Shown here: positions 9,781 through 20,000 of the stretch, piece by piece
How positions within the stretch are numbered: position 1 is the first letter of the stretch
Layout of the letters: the number at the start of each line of letters is the position of its first letter
Source of the DNA: Ionaspis alba
Lineage: Eukaryota
Assembly (NCBI GenBank): GCA_964255285.1
Contig: CAXUUL010000012.1
Span: forward strand, 56,592-76,591
DNA length: 20,000 nucleotides
Reading direction: 5' to 3'
Position numbers and translations under genes: made by a program
Notes under the pieces: generated by a model
What the model was told of the DNA's origin: nothing
Database searches by the model: none
The model's input: only the letters and a program-made list of their open reading frames with translations

Positions 9781-11179
9781 TCAGACCTGCTGCTCAACCA
9801 CCCATGTCGTCTTCTTGACAATGGAGTGCGCGTCGTGGTAGAGCCTGGCTTCATCATCCGTGGAGGCTGTGCTGTTCTTCGGTGCACTCTTCCCTTTGAG
9901 ATTAGCCATCTGCCGAGAGTCGTCTTGAACGCGGTAACCACTTCTTCCACGCTGTGACGTGCGCATCTCAAGGACTTTTGCCAGCAGAGGCCGCAACGTT
10001 GGAAGACAGCCGACAATGATACTGAGCGGTAATTCGACACTATAGATCTTGTTAGATGGAGGACTTGATTCGGTAGCTGTGCCGCTCACGCTTTCCATAT
10101 CATAAAGTCCATCACGGTCCCTGTGTGATCTTGTTAGCTCATTTGCCGCACGTAAACATATCCCCGGCTCTTTTCTGGAGAACTCACAGGTGAAGTCTTC
10201 GATTTCGAGAGCTCCCGGGGTGTATACCGTCCTCAAGATACCAGCTATGCTGGTGCTGTAGACGACCTCTGAGTCATGAGGAATATATCGGGCTTTGGGA
10301 GATGTGCTTACAAGAACCCTAGCGCAAGAACGGAGCATAGAGCGATCTTCTTTCGAAGGTCAATCTGTACATTCCACAAGAGGAAGATCGGTGATGTTGC
10401 TAGTATTATGTCGTACAAAGCAGCGGCAACTTCCTCGGATGTCAGCCGCAGGATTCTGCTAGGTATTCAAGCCGTGTCTCGACCAGAATAATCACTCACC
10501 ACCCTGCAAATAGGCCGTACTGATCTCAGCACCCCGATTGCAGGTGCCGTCGGGTGCGGACAACGGATCCCATAGCATCCGGAGAGGAATGCACTGAAAA
10601 ACGTCCGAGAACAAAGTCACGACGGTCACCAATAGGAACAAGACGATGAGACTGTAGAAGAACCAAGTCCATCTCTTGCTAGTTGTAATGCGAATGAGCA
10701 TGAGCGTGATCGATATCTTGGCAAAAGCCTCCGCAGACGGAGTCATGAACATGGCAGCCCAGAAGACCTTCAGGGCCGGGCTCAAATCCGTTGGCGGAAC
10801 TGTCAGAAGATGCCTGCCTAAGCCATGATGGGCAGAGAAGGTCAGGCATCCAAAGGCCGCCGTCGTCACGATCTAGCATCGGGTCAGCGTTCTCATTCCT
10901 TCAACTATCTTTGATATTCCAGTCGACAGCTTCGGGTCTTGAGCGTCGTCTATGCACCGCGAGGAGCCAGAAAATAGAGAAAGCGTGGCTTACCGTTGAA
11001 GCTAGCATTACATAGTCGTCCAAGCCCACTTTGCGCACAACCTTGAATCGAACCCATAATCTTAAGCCGACCAGAACGATCGCAACGGCGATACCTGCTG
11101 CAAAGATGGCAACAAACAATGGTCCCTTATTCGCATTCATATACTCAGGAGTCATGGCTGGAAGCCCAGTGGTTGCCAT
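9781..11179 (-). CDS. PTH11-like / fungal rhodopsin-domain 7TM integral membrane protein (non-CFEM GPCR-like), 344 aa, 6 exons
   Basis: Exons 11179-10994, 10872-10500, 10429-10312, 10255-10188, 10120-10090, 10039-9781 (1035 nt, phases consistent). Family motifs: VGLRLWVRFKVVRKVGLDDY, HGLGRH, AKISITLMLIRI, FQCIPLRMLWD...GTC, YDIILATSPIFLLWNVQIDLRKK, IWKAVELPLSIIVGCLPTLRPLL. Confidence 0.93.
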
Positions 11180-12760
11180 GGTGCTCGGAAAAAGAATGTC
11201 GCACACAATCCTGCGAACGGGGGGTGACAAAGATTCCACAAGTGTGGAGAAGGCCTCCTGGCAAACATATATGACTTCTAGCACATGGTCGGCGCAACCT
11301 TGCTGGCTATCATTGTTTCGCCTATTGGATGTCAGCATGGACGCGGGAGCCAATGATTCTACATCTCGTACACACTCAACGAGCGGTAGCTTAATGCGTC
11401 CGAGGTCCGAATGGGGCACAGAGCAAGCCCTCCAGCAAGCTCAAACCAATATTGATGCGCTTCACATCTGGTTCTGATCCTGGCCGCAGCCTGTCAGCAC
11501 GCATGTTGTTCAATCAAGGCACTCCAACGGCGTAGCAGGGGCTGAAGAAAATGATCATGTATTGCGTGCAGATCACCCCTGTTGTCGAGAAGTTTTTCTA
11601 CCAACGCTCGATCGGGTTTATCGCTGCATATTCCATGGCTGGAACCTGATCATCCTGCAGTGCCGAGGTCGTACAAGGGATGTATCATCAGCATCAAAGG
11701 AAACTATGGCTAGTTCGGTTGACTAACGAACCAAGCATCGGCCCGTCGTTAGCGATAGGCATCCGCTCCCGTTCTGCGCAACCACGGGATGACTACTGCG
11801 GACTAATCCTCCATGTAACATCCACACACCGTGGAATTTGAAGAGCAGCTGCAATGAATTGACTGGATACTATCTGCAGTCATGGCTGATGCGCTGATGC
11901 CATCTTATTGCATGTTGGAAGAAAGAGCCAAGCAGATCGTGAGTTTGCTTTTACAGCCTGGCTGAGGTACAGCACTCAAAGTTCAGACGTTTCCTTCCTG
12001 TTCCTGGAGGATGTATCGACAGGGTTGATTGCAGCTACTGGTCTCTTTTGTTCCAATCTCCCGTCTCCACATCAGAATCCTGTCACTGAAATGACCTCCT
12101 TGCCATAGCCACATCTTGTTATGCCGTTTACTATCAGTACTGTACCAACATCAATGCCGATATGCGCTTGGTCCTCATCAATGAGAACATGTCCAGCAAA
12201 GAGCTATGCAGGATTTGGAAGGTCATTATAGTGCAGGATCAACCTCCGTCATGTCCGGGAAGCCTGTCGCCGATCACGCACCGAGATTCAGGCACCCGAC
12301 ATACAGTATCTCCCATCTACGTTCGCCGTCTTCGGTATCTGCAGAGCTTGGAATCGAAGCACTGCCTTGGAACACCATGCCTATAGCCGCACCCGTGAAG
12401 GGTGGCCTCGGTGGAAGAGTCCAGAGAGTCCACGCCATATCAGCTGGATGCTGTGCTATATCCCCAGCCTTAGCACGCAGACTGCACGACATAAGTACAC
12501 AGCCCATGCAGCTAAGTCGACATTGCTTACCAGCAGATTGTTTCTTTGCATCTGGAACAACATATCTTCGCCTTATCACGACGTTCTTCCGACGTTTTTT
12601 TGCTTCAACAGGGAGCATGTTCTAACTCCATGGTCCGCATGAGGAATTAACCATCCCACACCAAGGCATAAGCACAAACAGAACTTCTTGAGGTAAGACT
12701 AGCTGTGCGATCATACTGTTCTACCATCCCCTGACTTGAAGTAGGTGATTTTTGCCCACG

Positions 12761-14176
12761 ATGGCTATCGAGCATACCCTTGATAGTAATAGGAAGGCAG
12801 CTCTCAACGAAAGCTCCAGTGGAGAATCAGGCAGCTCATCCAAAGCATGGAGAGTTCTCTCCGCAGGTCTCCCTCCAATGGACGGCAACTCAACCTTCTG
12901 GTGGCAAACATCGGCATCCTACCTAGGAACAGCACTCGAGCAAGCCGGCTACGAAGAGCACGACCAATACGATGGTCTGCTCTACTACTACCGCTTCATT
13001 CTCCCTTACCTAGGGGACCGTCCTACACCAGATGGCCGACCGAAAACTTTCCAAAGCTTCATCACAGACGACTTTTCCCCCTTCGAGCTAAGCTGGAGCT
13101 GGGGCGGACCAAACGGCAAGCCCATCGTGCGCTTCCTCATCGAAGCCATTGGCTCAGAAAGCGGCACCAAAACCGATCCCTACAACCAGAAGCGAACCCT
13201 AGATCTCGTCCGAAGCCTGCAGCAAGCAAAACCGGACATTGACTGGCAATGGTTCGACCACTTCTTCAAGACTCTTCTCATCAGCGACAACACGCCCATC
13301 CCAACCTCCACCACTCCACGGTCCTATAACCCCTTTTCCAGTACCTTCTGGTCCTCCGCTCCATCCAGCACTCCCTCGCCAGCAAACCAACTCACCCAAC
13401 TGGGCCACCGCTCTTCCGTCTTCCTAGCCTTCGACCTCCAACGAGGTCGCCTCCTCGTAAAACCCTACTTCCTAGCCCTCCGCGCGATCCAAACCGGCCA
13501 GTCGCCCCTCTCCATCCTAGCCGAAGGCGTCCGCTCTTTCCCGCACTCTTCCCTCAGCATCCCGGCCCTGGACCAAATGCTCTCCTTTGCCTCGGAAAAC
13601 CCCGAGGGCGCAAAGCTCGAATGGCTAGCCATCGCCCCCGACTGCATATCGCCCGAGAAATCACGGCTGAAGATCTACGCACGGTCGCCGAACACCTCCT
13701 TCGATAGTGTGCGCGCCATCATGTCACTGGGCGGGCAGTTCACCTCGCCCGAGTTCCTATCGTCGTTGGCAGAATTGCGCAAGTTCTGGCAACTCGTCCT
13801 CAGCCTCCCCGCCGACTTCTCCGACGCCGATGAATTGTGCGCAAATGACCACATGACCTCGGGCATTCTGTACAACCTTGACATCAAGCCCGGGAACGCG
13901 ATGCCCGAGACGAAAATTTACATTCCGGCAAAGCACTACAGCGCGAACGACTTGGAAGCCGCACGCGGAGTGACTGGATACTTGAGCCAGCAGGGCAAGG
14001 GAGGTTTCGCAGACGGGTACATGCAGACGCTCAGAGCCATGACAACGCATCGGAGACTGGATGAGGGGAGTGATTTGCAGACGTATATTGGGGTAGCGTT
14101 TCGGAAGGGAGGGTTGGAGTTGTCGAATTATTTGAGTCCGGCGATTCATCATGCAGCGAGGTGGCGGAAGGATTAG
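12761..14176 (+). CDS. DMATS-superfamily (ABBA) aromatic prenyltransferase, 471 aa, intronless; probably the tyrosine/phenol/xanthone-accepting clade
   Basis: Single ORF from ATG 12761. Contains FWW...L...L..AGY, FILPYLG, SFITDDFSPFELSWSW (conserved Glu), IVRF.IEAIG, DPYNQ, LVKPYF, DCISPEKSRLKIYAR, PETKIYIP, QTYIG and NYLSP, i.e. the diphosphate-binding R/K residues and the Tyr shield. Confidence 0.95.
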   Translation: MAIEHTLDSNRKAALNESSSGESGSSSKAWRVLSAGLPPMDGNSTFWWQTSASYLGTALEQAGYEEHDQYDGLLYYYRFILPYLGDRPTPDGRPKTFQSFITDDFSPFELSWSWGGPNGKPIVRFLIEAIGSESGTKTDPYNQKRTLDLVRSLQQAKPDIDWQWFDHFFKTLLISDNTPIPTSTTPRSYNPFSSTFWSSAPSSTPSPANQLTQLGHRSSVFLAFDLQRGRLLVKPYFLALRAIQTGQSPLSILAEGVRSFPHSSLSIPALDQMLSFASENPEGAKLEWLAIAPDCISPEKSRLKIYARSPNTSFDSVRAIMSLGGQFTSPEFLSSLAELRKFWQLVLSLPADFSDADELCANDHMTSGILYNLDIKPGNAMPETKIYIPAKHYSANDLEAARGVTGYLSQQGKGGFADGYMQTLRAMTTHRRLDEGSDLQTYIGVAFRKGGLELSNYLSPAIHHAARWRKD

Positions 14177-14441
14177 ACGAGGATGGACGAATGAAGGGCA
14201 TGGAAGCGCGGAAAAGAACTGGATTAGGGCTTTGGCTGGTAGCACTAGATTCTGTTGGGTTGATGGGCTTGGCGGGGGTTTTGTTTGCATTCCAATTGCG
14301 GGCTGGTGGCAAGTCGGTTCTGTTTACGGTGGTGGATTGTATTTGTGTATGCAAAATGCTTAGCGCTCATCTATTGATTGATAACTGTTCCTTAATGCCA
14401 ATACGTTCGGAGTGTGTTCCTTGCACATGCAGCGCAACGTG

Positions 14442-15211
14442 TTATTTCAAGACCATTGGCTTCACGTGGAAAAGAGGATGAAACAGTTGGTCGCCACGGC
14501 GTCCCGGCGCAAGCGAGTAGAATCGAAATTGGTTGGTGCTAGCACGTATGGAGCGACATAAGTTTACGGTAATTTCATGGTCGGCCTGAAATGAAATGTT
14601 TTCGAAGTCAAGATCGTCTTCGGAACACATAACTCGACGCATTATCCACGACATTACTTGCCATACGAAATGTCCTCCGTTCCAGTCTTTCGGATAAGAA
14701 GCTAGATCCACGGCATCTTGAGAAGAGGGAGCGTTGCCTACCTTATTGCCCAATCTGCTCAGCAAGTGTCTGATGACCAGGAACGGGCAGAGATGGAGAC
14801 ATGTCCGCCACATCTTGAATCGCTCTGATCGTATTGGAGTATTAAAAACGTAGCCGGGCACAAAGGAAATATTCTGTCCATGAATGCACGGTCGAAGCTC
14901 CACGTGGCATTGTAACCATTTCGATGGATGAGTCGTATCACTCTGACCATATCTCCCGAACGAATACCGGTGAACAGTTCAGCGGAAGGATGCATCGTAA
15001 AACGATAGTAGAGCGGGATCAGTCGTACGGGGTTGCTGTGATCGATGGAGTAGGTCCAGAAGTTGCTCGGGAGGCTGGCGAATTGCATGATCGTCCCGTC
15101 AGTTGAGACGAGGGCGATAGAGACAATACGGCTCTCTCAAGTGGTCTCTGCTAGAGATGGTTGGACGAGGATAGGTGTTTCGGTAGATGTGAACGCTCTG
15201 AACGATATCAT
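14442..15211 (-). pseudogene. Possible decayed coding sequence of unknown family
   Basis: Protein-like frame from ATG 15211, interrupted by TGA at 15139-15137, continues as ORF 15088-14759 and overlaps ORF 14903-14442 in another frame. No family motif recognised with confidence. Confidence 0.25.
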
Positions 15212-16436
15212 TGCTCAGGCGGGCCCACGCACACGAGATGTGTGCAAAGAAACGAAGATTGGAAGAGGCCTCCATACAGCCACTGCAATGAAGCTCACAT
15301 ATACATAGAAAACCTGGTAGAACAGCAGCATAATACGAGATCAAGAATCTTATTGAGGATACATCTCTCCATCTCGATAAGACATTGCATCCACAGCCCT
15401 CCAGCAGTGTGGCAGTCCTATCAAAAGATGCGCTCGGTATAGGCAGTGCTTTGACATGTCTCTGGGCGGGTGAAGAGCAGCCAGTAACCTCGAAACGCCT
15501 GCTCCCATCAGGCAATCCCATCAACGTAATGTGGAACCTCATACAGCAGACTTGAGGTAGTTGAAGTCGTACATGAGAACACAAAGACTGACTAAACGTC
15601 GAGGAGGTACAAGTCTGCAAGCTGCCACGAGGATCCTGTGCAACGAGACAAGACCTTTTCATCAGTGGCTGCCATGATGCCACGAGGTCTCAGGGCTTCT
15701 CCACGAAACACGAATCATGGGATAGAGATGAAGTCTTTGTGCTACTATCAAAGAGACTATGTTAAGACAAAGCGCATAGATGGTCCATATATTATTGTTG
15801 TTGAGAGTACACGCGTCGCATTTTAGAGGACGACAGGCTTTGATGGAAGACAAGGGAGAAAACAAGCTAGCATGTTTTGAAAGACAGCTAGAGAACATCA
15901 GGCCAATCACTGCCCAGCCTGGGGTATGTTTAGCGGAGAAGCGATCAGGGGCAGGAGACTTAAGTGACCACTAAGACCCCTGGACCTGCAATTTAACGTT
16001 AATCATTCGCACCCATTACCTCCTGTTCCTAACACAGTACCCCTGAGGCTAGTGCACCCCGACGAAAAACTGTCCGCCCGTGCTGATCCTAACTTGCAGC
16101 CATTTCCTTCGCTCCTCCCTCCTTCCATCCTTCCATCCATTGATCACGATACGCACGATAATCTTGGTTAGGAGGCCTGTTTGTATCGATCGCTTCATTC
16201 ACTCATTTACTCTTCACCACAGTCATTCCTAGAAACATCACTTCACACACGGCTATCCTGCCGAACACACTCATTCAGACCAATTCACTATAACCCTAAA
16301 AACGACGAAACGCGACCGAGCAGTGCTTTAATTCTGCATCTTCGCACAACATCTGAACGTCAACATCAAGACCTGGAGTCTCGATAGCATCGCAAAAAGG
16401 CCTATACATTGCCACTCAACAGTATTGATCGTCAAA

Positions 16437-17891
16437 ATGCGTTACTCCATTGCTTTCGGTGTGAGCGTTCTGGCCAGCATTGCTGGTACAGCTGTTGCAA
16501 ACACGAAAATCAAGCTTGAAGGATTTCCCACGTCCGGAACCTATGAAGATCTTGCGAGCTTTGATGAGAATGCGAATTGTCCCAAGAAAACAGTGACATG
16601 GAATGGAATCACCGCACCATTGGACGAGGAGGTTTGTTGTCATTGAAACACAAGCTATGTTCTTGGAATTAACGTTCTTCACAGTTGTCCTTGATCTTCC
16701 GTGGCCCAATGCGTCTCAAGCAAGTCGCTGTGTACAGCCAAGATGAGAACAGCAAGAAGAAGCGCAGCCCTCGCATGAGCGCTCATAAGCGCCGTCATGG
16801 CCACCAACGTTTCCACGAACGCAACCAGGAGATGCGCGAGGAAAAACGTGGAGCTGGCGATATGGTCGTCGCTACCATCGATGGTAAAGTCGTTAGTTTC
16901 GTCAATGATTGGAGTGGACCTGCCGCCCCTACTCCTGGTCCGGCCGCTCCTGCAGCTGCACCCGTCAAAGCTGCCGATGTCAAGGTAGACACCGTCTCTT
17001 CCGCTGCTGCTCCAGCTGCCGCGAAGCATGTGGATGCCGGTACTGGAAACTGGGGAAGAGTCGCCTATTACAATGCCGAGGCAGCTCATGCCGAAGGCCT
17101 TTCTTTCCTCGGAAATGTCAAGTGGACATCGGCTCTGTAAGTATAAAACTCACTCTTTCGAGAACCAGCTAATTGTCTTCTCAGTGGACTCGGTAAAGTT
17201 CTGTCATACGTGACACCAGATGGCAAGAACGCTTCGTCAAGCCAGAGTGTCTTGGAAGACAGCCTCATTCCAGACAACACCGAAATCATCATCAGCTCAG
17301 ACAAGCCTTGCAAGGACGGTGATTGTGGTGTTGTTTGTCCCGGTGCTGATGCTCATCGTAAGTCAATACCCTCATAGATATAGATAAAATCACACTAATA
17401 TGAAATCAGATGGTTTCGGAGGCAAGACAAAACTGTTCCTGGCTGAATACAGCATGCCTAAAAGTGGCATGAAAAAAGGTGGAGCCTGGGACAACTTCAA
17501 CCCGGACATGCCGAGTTTCTGGGCCCTCAACAGCAAAGCCGTGAACGCGCAACAGTACGGAAAATGCAGCTGCTGGAAGACCGGATGCGGAGAATGGGAC
17601 ATCCACGAAGTCCTTGTGCCAGGTGCCGATGCTGGATCCGTCTCGGTGCACATGGGCAAGGACTACGCCGTGACGGCACACACGACCATCGACCGACCCT
17701 CGGATGACAAGAAGACGATGAAGATCGCGGCCATCCTCACCAAAGATAGCGTCCACGTTCAGGTACTTGATGATGGGATGAACTTTGACGAGGTGATCCA
17801 GGGCTCCACTATCGACTCTATGGTCAACGGCCCTCTCAGTGAGCAGATCAAGGTAAATATCAATCCTTCGGACATCAGCGAGAGCAAGTGA
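16437..17891 (+). CDS. TOS1: TOS1/PGA52/YJL171C-family secreted cell-wall protein (circularly permuted GH16-like putative beta-1,3-glucanase), 433 aa, 4 exons
   Basis: Exons 16437-16631, 16685-17136, 17185-17357, 17410-17891 (1302 nt). Signal peptide, APLDEELSLIFRGPMRLKQVAVY, GNWGRVAYYNA, HGFGGKTKLFLAEYSMP, DMPSFWALN and QQYGKCSCWKTGCGEWDIHEVL. The symbol denotes family; orthology not established. Confidence 0.9.
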
Positions 17892-18314
17892 GGAGTAATC
17901 AGAGCTTCTCTTCTGTGTTCTCGTGCTTGTTGATTGGAGGTGTCGTGTCTCTGGCCAATTCATGTTGATAGTTTTGTCATAAGAGGAATCGTGTAGTTGA
18001 AGCTGGTTGGGCTGCTCTGCAATACCCGCTTTGATATATGTAATATGCTACCATTTCGTCCATCTAAAGTCATAGTCTTGATATTCCCGTCGATTGATTG
18101 CTCGTTCTAGATGTCAGTTCCCATGATATCTCCCGCACTATGTTTGTGTGAACCCGCTGCGCACTGAGACGCTGGAGTCGAGTTTTCGTAGTGAGACTCA
18201 TACTCATGCGCAATGTGTGCCATTATGCTCTTTGACTGACCAGCGTAAAAATGCCTTAAAGTAGTAAATGTAGTTGATATGCTCATAGGGTCCTGTCAGC
18301 CAATCCATATTTTG

Positions 18315-18320
18315 CCGAGG
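18315..18320 (+). promoter_or_regulatory. Candidate FarA/FarB (Ctf1-type) fatty-acid response element CCGAGG upstream of PEX13
   Basis: CCGAGG 337 bp upstream of the PEX13 ATG. This motif is known from peroxin and beta-oxidation gene promoters in filamentous ascomycetes, but a hexamer can occur by chance. Confidence 0.5.
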
Positions 18321-18651
18321 TATTTCGGATTCGAAAGACAAAAACCAACCTCCCGTAGACAAATTGAACCATAGGCCCGGCCAATGCTACCATAGTCTAC
18401 TTAGCGAGAAACCACATCCTCTTCCGAGAGCCTTCGCTTGTTGGCATTTAGTCCTCGAACAGATTCGCATCATGGCGAGGTGAACAGAAGATCTGTTCAA
18501 AACCCCACTCTCACGTCACAGTCGAGACTAGCCAGAGGCGGCGACCCCCAAATTCCTAGAAGGAAGCAAGCGCACGGCACGATCGCCTATGAGCAGAACG
18601 AGTGCAGCAGCAGAATAAACACACCCGGAGGTTCAGGAGCTTGCTACATTG

Positions 18652-20000
18652 ATGGCATCACAGTCGCCGCCAAAGCCCTGGGAACGAGGTGGCGGCTCGG
18701 CAAGTCAGTGTCCTGGTGAGCTCTTCTCCCAAAGACAAATCTGGGACTATTTCAACTACGCACGATACTGACATCTCGCAGCACTCTCCTCATCTACCGC
18801 CATGTCATCAGCGCTAAATCCCCACACCACGACCGCAAACCCAGTCGCCACGACCACCTCCTCATCATCCCAACCACCCGCTCTTCCCGCGAAACCCTCC
18901 ACCCTCAACTCCGTCGTCAACCGCACAGCCTCCAACTACTCCCCCTACAACTCCGCCTCCCGTTACGGCACCTCCCCATATGGGGGCATCGGCGGCATGG
19001 GAGGCTACAGCAGCTACTCATCACCCTACTCGCGCTTCGGAGGCATGGGCAACTCCATGTACGGCGGTGGTTACGGATCCATGTACGGAGGCGGCATGTA
19101 CGGGGGAATGGGTGGATACCCAGGACAGCCAGGGATGGAGGATCCGAACAGCCTGACGAACAGCTTCAGTCAAAGCACACAGGCAACGTTCCAGATCATC
19201 GAGAGCATCGTGCAGGCGTTTGGCGGGTTTACGCAAATGCTGGATAGCACGTACATGGCTACACATTCGAGCTTCTTTGGTGAGCTCCTTATTCCTCGTC
19301 TTACCATCCTCATTCGCTAATGTTCTCGCATAGCCATGATATCCGTAGCCGAACAATTCTCCCACCTGCGCACAACCCTCGGCTCCATGCTCGGCATCTA
19401 CGCCCTCTTACGCTGGATCCGAACCCTCCTCGCCAAACTGCGCGGACAGCCACCCCCCGCCGACGCCACAGCCCTAACACCCGCCTCTTTCTCCGCCTTC
19501 CTCTCGCACAATCCCGCTCCAAACCCCGACGGCACCCCTGCCCGACCACGGCCCTCCAAAAAACCCTTCCTCTTCTTCCTCCTCGCCGCCTTCGGTCTCC
19601 CCTACCTAATGGCCAAACTAATCCGCGCCCTCGCCCGCTCCCAAGACGAGGCTATCGCTGCCCAGCAAGCGCAACAAGGCCTGCTACTCGGTCCCGACGG
19701 GCGACCCCTCCCGCCAGATCAGCAGCCGAATCAGGTCCTCGATCCCAGCCAGCTGGACTTCTGCCGCGTACTGTATGACTACACGCCTGAGCTGGCAGGT
19801 GGGCAACCCACACCGGGGATCGACCTGGAAGTCAAGAAAGGGGATTTGGTCGCTGTGCTGGGGAAGACGGATCCGGCGGGGATGCCGAGTGAGTGGTGGC
19901 GGTGTCGAGCGAGAGATGGCAGAGTGGGTTATTTACCCGGAGTGTGGTTGGAGGTTGTGAGGAGGAGGGTTGGGGGTGCCATTAAGGAGGGAGGGGAGAG
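18652..20000 (+). CDS. PEX13: Peroxin 13 (docking/translocation complex, YG-rich N-terminus, SH3 domain); 3' end beyond the window
   Basis: Exons 18652-18715, 18782-19279, 19334->20000. MASQSPPKPWER, YG-rich tract, SQSTQATFQIIESIVQAFGGFTQMLDSTYMATHSSFFAMISVAEQF, PSKKPFLFFLLAAFGLPYLMAKLIR and SH3 (DFCRVLYDY...DLEVKKGDLVAVL...EWWRCRARDGRVGYLP). Confidence 0.98.

Noticed and set aside
11908..12642. Small ORFs in the 7TM/DMATS intergenic region as a RiPP or peptide precursor for the prenyltransferase
   Set aside because: No signal peptide, no repeated cores flanked by KR sites, and no DUF3328/UstY gene nearby; the ORFs overlap in several frames like random sequence.
13286..13390. Possible intron explaining the low-complexity DMATS insertion
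   Set aside because: The only GT..CAG with an intron-like 3' end is about 21 nt, too short, and there is no consensus donor; the frame is open.
18940..19120. GGC/TAC-rich quasi-repeats
   Set aside because: They encode the known YG-rich domain of Pex13.
19320..19960. ORFs 19320-19778 and 19775-19960
   Set aside because: Alternative frame of PEX13 exon 3; the true frame has no stop in the window and so is not in the ORF track.
1..20000. CRISPR arrays, rRNA, tRNA, prokaryotic operons or intact mobile elements
   Set aside because: None seen; the sequence is intron-containing fungal DNA with no spacer-repeat array or recognisable structural RNA.

Overview
Eukaryotic DNA from a filamentous ascomycete (Pezizomycotina): short GT-AG introns with CTRAC/CTRAY branch sites, so the ORF track fragments most genes. 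I spliced the models by hand. Conserved housekeeping genes sit at both ends: SCM3 (partial, - strand) head-to-head with ATG6/VPS30 on the left, and PEX13 (partial) on the right. Between them lie about 16 kb of accessory-looking genes. (i) A ~680-aa Cys-rich secreted protein of unknown function, possibly frameshifted, is divergently paired with a 9-exon secreted HExxH+D (aspzincin/M35-like) zinc metallopeptidase whose HELTH motif is split by an intron. (ii) A DUF7730/2EXR-like protein. (iii) A 6-exon non-CFEM PTH11-like 7TM protein is divergently paired with an intronless stand-alone DMATS-type aromatic prenyltransferase, with no PKS/NRPS/terpene core gene in the window. (iv) A possible gene relic. 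(v) A TOS1/PGA52-family cell-wall protein. The best candidates for an undescribed system are the DMATS + 7TM pair and the secreted protein + metallopeptidase pair. Both functional links are inference, and all family calls come from motif recognition without database searches.
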